64,000 nt of DNA from Amoebophrya sp. A120 (taxonomy: Eukaryota; Protista; Dinoflagellata): positions 11,368,542-11,432,541 of the forward strand of contig CAJINV010000004.1 in assembly GCA_905178155.1 (NCBI GenBank). Direction: 5' to 3'. Below the pieces are notes generated by a model that saw nothing but the letters and a program-made list of their open reading frames with translations, did not search any database and was not told where the DNA came from. Made by a program: the position numbers and the translations under genes. Positions within the stretch are counted from its first letter, which is position 1. Every line of letters starts with the position of its first letter. This document shows positions 56,110 to 64,000 of this stretch, one piece after another.

Positions 56110-58694
56110 CTATCGGCGCGCTACTTTTGGGGACCGATCACCCCCGTGGCTCTCCTCAGCATTGGACCGTTTCCTAGCGCCCCCAACTGGCGAAGACGCG
56201 CCGCTTTGTTCTTGCCACGCACGCAAACTTTCGCCCGCAGCCCGATCGCTCGGCTGCAGCACCCTGGACCCGCGTGCGTTGGAAGACCGCGGATGGTCCA
56301 GCGAGTCCTGGGACGTGTTCCGCGGAAGCTGCATCTCCGGGCCGTCCTGCGTAGAGGGCAACCCGTTGCGCGACACGCTGTTTTCCAGCACCGCCTGCGG
56401 ATGATCCTGGGCCCCATCCAGCGGATCCTGCTGGCTCACCGACGGAACCGAGCGCCAGCCGAACGGCTTCGCCTGGTACTGCGCCAACAGCGCTTGCATC
56501 CGGCGCACCACGACTTCGCGCTCCGTTTCGCCAAACTCCGGCGCTTTCGGTGGGCAAAACCACAACAGCCGGATCTGGTTCTTCACGTGCGGTTGCCCGC
56601 CACCGTCGCCGCTGGAGTTGGGCTCGAAAGCGGGTTCCACCTTCTTGTCGTACCACGCCAGATACAACCGCGGATCCCGCTCGCCGTTGCCGTTGTGAAA
56701 GACCTCGTCGTTCACGTACAAACAGCTCAACGAACCCTCCTGCAGCGACTCCGTCATGTGGTCTCGGAGGATCTTCTCCGCGCTAGGGGAGAGTTTGTAG
56801 TCAGCCCGATTGAACCGTACACTCCTACTAGTGCCACGCAGGCTCTCAATCCAGGCGTTCCAGTCGATGTTGGGCAAATTCGTCACCAGGAAATCGTGCA
56901 GCTCCCGCTTCACCTCCTCCTTTCTCGCCTTGCTTTGGAAAATCTGCGACCCAAACGCGGATCCCGCAAAGGTAGAGCTGTTAACACTACCTCGTGGCTC
57001 CCACACGTAGCTGCCGACGTCGATCAGGGTCTCCTTCGCGCGTTTTTGCACCACCTGGTCGTGGAACTTGCTAGCTTCGTCATCATCCGCAATCATTTCC
57101 TTCACGAACGAGTCCGTCAACCGCAGGTAGTTGTCGACGCTGAAGTTTTCTTCGGTCAAATCCGAAAAGCGCAGCAGTTTCTGGAAAGCCGCCTTGCTGT
57201 GGGTTTTCAACAGCTGCATCTCCCGCAGCTTGCACCGCTCCATGCGGACCACCACGGGGTGGAGGTACATGCTCTGGTACACGCGACTGCGAAAGTCGAA
57301 CACGGCCGAGTCGCGGTCCTTGGACGGAAAGGCGGCGGTGAGGACGTACGTGTCGCGCCGCCGCTCTCGCGCTTTTTGCTCGATCTGCCGTGGCGTCAGC
57401 TTCGCCTTCATCTTCGCAGCGGTAGTTGTAGAAGCGTTGGGATTCTTGTTAGTATCAATCCGTTGCTCAACATAATTCTCGGAATGATTATTCTCCTCCC
57501 CCTCCTCGTCCCCCTCGCTCCTCGTTCCGCTGGTGGATCCGGGGCACGCGGCCTCCTGGTGCGCCACCACGCGGATCGAACTCTTGACCCGGTTCCAGCA
57601 GATCGGACAGGACACCTTGGCGTGGTAGGTGTCCCGCAGGAAGTAGTCCAGTCTATCCACATCCAACCCGCCCCGCCAGTTGGACAGCAACTCAAACGTC
57701 CAGGCGTACTCGATCGGGCGGGACTGGATGTGCTTGCCCCACTCCTCGTGCAGCCGCCCGGTCCGCAGCGCTTCCTGCAGCTCCTTTTTCCCCGGAACGT
57801 CGATCAGCTCCTGGATGTACAGCAGGTCCTTCTCGTTCCAGTCCAGCACGTATGAGAGTGCACAACTACTCCCTCGCCTCCCCCTCATTTGTATAGCATA
57901 ATCGGCATCACAAGCAATGGCACAAATGTGGCTGTCGCATGACAAATCCACGTACGGACTGGAGTGCGGTTTGGGCATCGAGAACTTGTCATGCGTTTGG
58001 TGCCAAAGAGCAAGCGGGGATTTCTTGGCATTTTGCATGACGAATCAGGGGGACGAGGGGGAGTTATGCACTCTCATAGCACGGGGATCAGCGGCTCGTG
58101 GTCCTCGCAGAACTTCCAATACTCCTCCTTCATCACGTCCTTCACGTCCTCCCAGACCGCCTGCACCAGCAGCTTGGAGGCCGTCTCGTGCGACCAGGTG
58201 GGGTCGTCCCCGTTTTCCCGGCGGAACACCTCGAACATGTGGGAGAACGGGGCGTGCCCCAAATCGTGGCACAGCGCCGCCACGATCAGGCAGATGCGGT
58301 CCTTGTCGTTCAGCCGCAGGTTCTCCCGGACGGCCAGCACCCAGGGGTCCTTGATCTTGCCCTCCTTCACGCGGTTGAACTTGACCAGCGCGGTGAACTG
58401 CTCCTGGTCAAACTCCCGCAGAAACGCGCACATCAGGTACCCCACGCCGATGCTGTGCGCGAACCGGCTGTGCGTCGCGTCCTTGTACACGTACTCCACC
58501 AGGGCGAGCTGCTTGATCTCCCGCAACCGCTGCACTATGCGGTGGTCGATCACGCAGTTGAAAATCAACGGCAGCGCCACCTCGTTGTACACTGCGTCGT
58601 TCGTTGTCCACGAGGACATGTGCCACAGCTGACTCTCCTCCCAACCAGAAGGGAGGGTGGAGATTGAGCCGGCGTCGTCCGCAACTGTTGCCAT
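56110..58694 (-). CDS. SAMHD1-like HD-domain dNTP triphosphohydrolase, 2 exons
   Basis: QRLREIKQL, ATHSRFAHSIGV, ALCHDLGHAPFSH, WSHE, DVDRLDYFLRD, MYLHP. Intron at 57851-58078. Confidence 0.92.
57851..58078. mobile_element. Family E intronic element
   Basis: Exact DR gcacg; join IPVLDWN. Confidence 0.93.
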
Positions 58695-59744
58695 TTTCTT
58701 GGAATTTTTCAACTACTTTTAAGTTTTTATATACGCGATAAAGTCCCTACGATGGTCCCCCGGGGTTTGATACTTTCGACCTCGTACTATTGGTGAAAAA
58801 ACGAGTAGAGCTAGGAAAGCTGATGATTTAGGATTCAGCAAACCGCGTAAGCATTTGCCTCTTCGATTGTGTTCATGACTGGGCACCTAGTCGTCTTATA
58901 TGTACCTGAAGCCCCGCCCATAGGCTTCAAACATATAACAAGTTGGGACTCAGTACTAGTTATTCCCCCACATAGGGGGTAGTAGCACGTACCACGGGCC
59001 CTGGTTCAGTTTTTTACTTTTGGAAAAATCCTGTAACCGTAGTTTTCAAATCTTTGACAAAACACACAAACGAATACGATTACGTTCACGAATGATAGAA
59101 TTAGGTCTGCTGCACTGCATGGTAGCAGTTACGATCCAGAAATAAGATCTACAGTTGCGGCTTTACATTCAATCTAGACGAATTTTGGTGAGTGTGTGCG
59201 GGTTTATCGCTTTGTAGGAGCTACGTACTCACGAGCACTTGACGACGTTTTTCAAAGCTTTGGCTCCGCAATAGTTCTTGGAAGTCATTAACGTTTTTTG
59301 CGACCTAGTTACTGAAAAACCGATTCAGGAGGATCCAGGAGCGTGCTTGTTCCAGAGTTCACAATCAGCTTCATGCCCTTTTCATCGACCGTGGCTTTTC
59401 ATCGACCGATTTCGTTTCTGAGGTCTTCAGTTCGAATGCTTTTTATTTTGATCCCGCAGCAGGGGCATGGAACACTACTATCTCAAGAGCCAGTGTGGAG
59501 ATTTGTTTAAGCGATAGTGCGAGCGAGCCGACTATTTTGCGGTGCCAGGAGGGGGCTGATTGCTGAGGTGATGTGACAACAGCTCCTTCAATGCAAAAAC
59601 TCCAAATGTTTTAAGTACGTGCCGAAGGTATGTTATCTCGTACTGGAGAAAGAGTATTGCTGTCCCGTTGAGTCTATGCAATTTCATGCCTAGCTGAAGT
59701 CTACCAATTTCCTGGGTTGACCAAGAACTCTACTTACAATCTTA

Positions 59745-62700
59745 TCACCTTCCCGAAAACTCGCTCGCCGAAGCCGATGGGTCGGTTACTGCCAAGTCAT
59801 TTGCCGCCTGCCGCAGCACCCGCATTTCCTCGCGCCCCGCCTCGAGCGCGAGGTTCTGCCCCGTCGTGGGCCTCGCCGTGCTGAAACTCCGCGCCGCGTA
59901 GTTGACACTGACGTGACTCGCGTTGCTGACACTCCGCGAACGCGAAGTTACCCCAGCCGCGTTACTGCTATCCGAGTAAAGCTGCTTCGGGTGCTCATCT
60001 TCACCGTCGTCCCCCATGGGTAGCAACTCTTTATTTCTGACAACTCCACTAGCCGAGGCGCTCGTCAGAACATTCGTTGTTGCCGCGGAGTCGCCCCGCG
60101 AAAGCACCACCCTGGCGCTCCGGCTCGCCTGCGAGTACGCGCCCATCGCGGTGTCAGTCGGGTCGCCCAGCCGGCGGAAGGACCCGTCGCTCGGGACTGT
60201 GTAGAGCGAGGAAGCCTCGGTCCGGAACAGAAAGTAGACGACGACCAGGAGAATTCCGAGCACGATGAAGAAGGTCAAGCACCCCAAGCCCAAGCTCGGC
60301 CCGGCGATCAGAATCACCCAGGAGGCCTCTTCCTTGTCCGGCTTCGCCTCGACGGTGTCCACGATCGGTAACCCGGGCGGGATGGTGGACACGGCGTGTT
60401 CGATTTCCATCGGGAATTGAGAATCCACGAACACTTTCTCCGCGGTGGCACTGTCCTGCACGATCAGGTGTTTCTCCATCAACTTCCCGGCAACGGTGCA
60501 CCGCTCCACCGTGAACGCCCGCTCCGAGAGCAGCTCGTGCGGCACGGGCTTGTTTACTGGCGGCGAGCCGGCGCCAGCGGTGCCGTCCACAGTAAAGTAG
60601 TCGCCGCCGGTCTTGCTCATTGATGCGCTAGCGCTGCCCCCACCCAGCAGGAGCACCGCATCTTTATCGGAGGATGCGGCTTCCGGGACCTCCTTGTTCG
60701 GTGAAGGAGCACGACCACCTTCTTCCACCGCGAAGATCGTTTCGTACCACTGCTTCGGATCGAAGGTCGGGGGAAAGAGGCGGCACTTCTGTTTTCTGGT
60801 GTCGTAGGTGAACGCCACGCAGTCCCGCAGGGTGTCCGATTTGCCGCTGTGAAACCACCACTGCGGGTGCCGCGGATTCCACTTGCCCGACACCTTTAAC
60901 CTTTTCCGCAGCGCGGGGCTGCTCTGGTAGGCGTCCAGCCCGACAAAAGACGGACCACACTCGTGCTCCGCCAGGCACTCGCTTAACGACTTGTCGTCCG
61001 TTTCGTTTGCGAACTGCCCCGCATGAAACACCCACGGCTGCACGTTGTCGTTCGCGAGGACCGCCAGCTGCTTGCTGTTGACGATGTCGATGTAGCACTT
61101 CCGGCACTGCAGGACCCGCTTCCGGCGGTCCGCGCACTGCAGCCCGCAGGACTCGGAGAGGCCGAGCGTGCTGTACGACCCGAGTGCGTTGTGCACCTCC
61201 TCGCTGACCGGGTCCGTTTCGTAGCTGCTCCAGTGGAACACCTCGGTTTTGTTGTTTCCGTCACGTTGCGCGTGAGTTACGCTTCGAACCGCGTACTCCA
61301 CGCTGTTGTCCGCGCCGCTCCACTCGCGCACGTGGTCCAGCGCGGAGGCCATCTCAATGTCCACGGCCTGCGAGCAGGGACAGGAGGTGTGGGAGTGTCA
61401 GGTTTGAAATCGTCAAAGTTGAAATAGTTTGCGATGCATAAAATGCAAGCCACAAAGTGCTTGTCTTGCTGAGTAGGCAAGGGAGGCAGATTGTATGCCT
61501 GTTGAGGGGTAGCAGTAGAGCTGCTAAAGTAGCATGACAAAAGGCGTCTTCCTTACCCAAACAGCATGACAAACTGGGTTTCTGCTCTTCCCAAATTTGT
61601 CATGCGCCAGCTGGAAACTGGACACCAACGGGCATCCATTTTATGCATGGCAAATCATTTCAACTTTGTCGATTTCAATCCTGACAGTTCCATATGAGAA
61701 GAAGACGCGGTACTCCACGGGGGACCCGGCCATCTTTTTCAGGCCCTGCTCCACGCAGAACTCCCGCGGGGGCCACGGGTCACTAGCCGTGTAGGTGGTC
61801 GGTGGCGGAGCTTCCGGCTCGGCTGGTCCTTCTTCCTCTTCTTCCTCGTCCCCCGGGCCACTTGCCTGTCCTGCTCCGTCCAGATGACTTACGTCCCCGA
61901 GGTCAGAAGAACGACCCTCACCCGAGGCGCCCAGAAGCACGGGCACATTGCGCCTTCCCTGCAATTTCGCCCGCCAAGCGGCTTGGTTGTCCTCGTCTTC
62001 CGCAGCCTTGAGCAGGTGCAGAGCGTCCTCCTCAACCGGGAGTCCGTGCTTCTCCGCCACCTCCCGCAATTTCGCCAACGCCGCAATCAGCACGCCGCCC
62101 GTTTGCGGCGCCTCCGGGTCGGACTCGGAGGTGGCCTCTTGAAGCAATAGGTACGCCTGCAGAAGCTCCGGGTCCTCCGGCTTGCCCGTCGCGTCGACAG
62201 ACACAGCTACGCCGTCCTTCTCTAAGCCCAATTTCACGCTGCACCACACCTTTTTACTGCTTGATGTTGTCCTTTCATCATCCGGATCCTGTGGTACTTG
62301 CCTTTGGGGAGATTTACCGGTCTCCTCGAACAAGGCGAGCACCTCCTTGCGAACCCGCTTGGGCGAGCCTCTCGCCTCGAAAACGGCTGCAAACAACTGC
62401 GAGACCGTGACTACGGGGGTTGCTTCTCTGTTTAGAATCTCGGCGCAGGACTGGTCCTGCGCCTGCTTTACAACTGCACGATCTAGCGGAGCCGGTGGTA
62501 ACCCCGAAGATGATGAAACTGCGAGGTCTACTGGCACCTCGGCCGCCTCCACCTCATCCTCTGTCGCCATTGCTTTGCTGTTGTCTGCCGCTTCGTCAAC
62601 ATCCGGCGAGAGGGTCGGCTCTGGCACCGCATCTGCCGGCTCATCTCCTTCGCTTCCCGCAGAAACAGCGGTGGTATTTTGATGTTGTGAATTTTGTTGA

Positions 62701-62975
62701 AGCTCTTCTTCCCCTCGACCCAACTGCCGGCGCGACAACTCAGCCAGGGTGGAGAGCGTGCTCGTCGTAAGAGCGGAACTGTCGGCCGCCTTCTCGTTGG
62801 TATTGACGTTCCCGACCGTGGCGCCGCTTTCACTTCTGCTATGCGCCTGTTGTTCCGTGTTGCGCTTGTTCTTCAAGCGCAGCAGGTTCCTCTCCACGTC
62901 AATTTGCACAGCGACTGCGAGTCGCAGGAATGGCAAATGCAGGGGCAAAAATGATCTCTTCCAGGAGTGAGGCAT
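59745..62975 (-). CDS. Type I membrane protein (signal peptide, Cys-containing PAN/apple-like ectodomain, one TM), 2 exons
   Basis: MPHSWKRSFLPLHLPFLRLAVAVQ; CVAFTYDTRKQKCRLF; TM LGCLTFFIVLGILLVVVYFLF. The join VFFSCPCSQAVD spans 61388-61694. Confidence 0.78.
61388..61694. mobile_element. Family F intronic element (ACA end)
   Basis: About 55-bp imperfect TIR; sense DR tctca/cctcc. Confidence 0.85.
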
Positions 62976-64000
62976 ATTGGAAAAAAAAAGGATTAAACAG
63001 GAAACAAATCGAAACAAAACAAACAGCAGGCAAACAGCACACCGGCTTACTAGAGGCACTTGCAGCTGGGTGCTGATCCAAACTGAAAATGAAAAAGCAA
63101 AGGATGGGTGGGTCAGAATATGAAAGGTCAAGACGATAAACAGGGTTGAAATCTAAATCGAAATTTTTGTGTGACGAAGGTGTTTCCTTTTGTCTAGCCA
63201 AACTGCCCCAAAATTTCTGAGATTGATGATGCGCAAAAAAATGAAGCACGAAGGTCACGAGGACGACACAACATGTGTAGTGCCAAGGAGATCACGATCA
63301 CGGCACGAAACATTTACGAACGACGAAACCGGGACGTCAGATGAACTAGGGTTTCTAAATGCAGCAAGATTTACCTCGCCACCGAGAACGATTCGTACGA
63401 TGTGAGCCGTGCTGCGTGCGACTATTATGCTTGTGGAAACGGCAGTACGAATGGAAAGGACGCGAATACAACGACTGGACGGTTGAAAAGATCTTTCTCG
63501 GATCAGAGAAAGGCGAGAAGAGTAAAGCTAAACTTTGACTAAGCCTCGCGGAGTAACTACCGAGTGGCGTAGCTACTCCATAGTACTGCGAGGTACCGTG
63601 CGTGAAAATGTTTTGAACTTTGTCAAATACAAATTGAAATTTCATGGAGTTGTCCAGTTCAATAGTCAGTGCCTTGAAGCACTTCCTCTGCGCAATAAAA
63701 CTAACATCTTATTCCAGAAGGCGCTCCGCGTAAAACTGAAAAGCCGCTAAACCTCAAATAAACATGAAAATCCTATGTCACGTCTGGCCACAGCATTGTG
63801 CGAGCTGGTTTTGCTGCGAGGGCGCGATCCCCAGAGAAATGCCCGGCCCTTTGGACTCGAAATCTGCGAGCGAGCTTCTTCTGCTCTGGCGGTTATAAAT
63901 CTCCTGCAAGAGCTGCTCGAAAACGTGTTTCACGTTGTAATTGGAAACGGAGCTCGCTTCTGCGAAGAGTAAGTCGTGCTGCCGTGCCCACTCCGCCGCA

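Overview
This is eukaryotic DNA, very probably from a dinoflagellate-lineage parasite. The intron style matches what I recall being described for Amoebophrya; that assignment is inference. All ten protein genes and a Ty1/copia LTR retrotransposon lie on the minus strand. The dominant feature is a non-canonical intron system. By hand I resolved 49 insertions in coding exons that start TAT and end ATA, carry terminal inverted repeats (TIRs) and are flanked by an exact or decayed 5-bp direct repeat (DR). They have no GT-AG consensus, and removing the element plus one 5-nt repeat copy restores the reading frame in every case. Only about 4 canonical GT-AG introns were found. Mismatched repeat pairs place the likely junction 1 nt before TAT and 4 nt after ATA. 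The elements fall into at least 7 TIR families, range from young to almost fully decayed, and nest. Two one-ended copies are flanked by unusually long target duplications (38 and about 100 bp). Reconstructed genes: two giant secreted Cys-rich proteins (one with the copia element inside an intron), a dinoflagellate-type secreted protein, a glycosyltransferase-like/zinc-knuckle protein, a CHORD protein, a WG-repeat acidic protein, a small membrane protein, a nicotinic alpha-like Cys-loop receptor, a SAMHD1-like HD protein and a type I membrane protein. A Mutator-like MITE with a perfect 62-bp palindrome is also present. All gene models are manual and need RNA confirmation.
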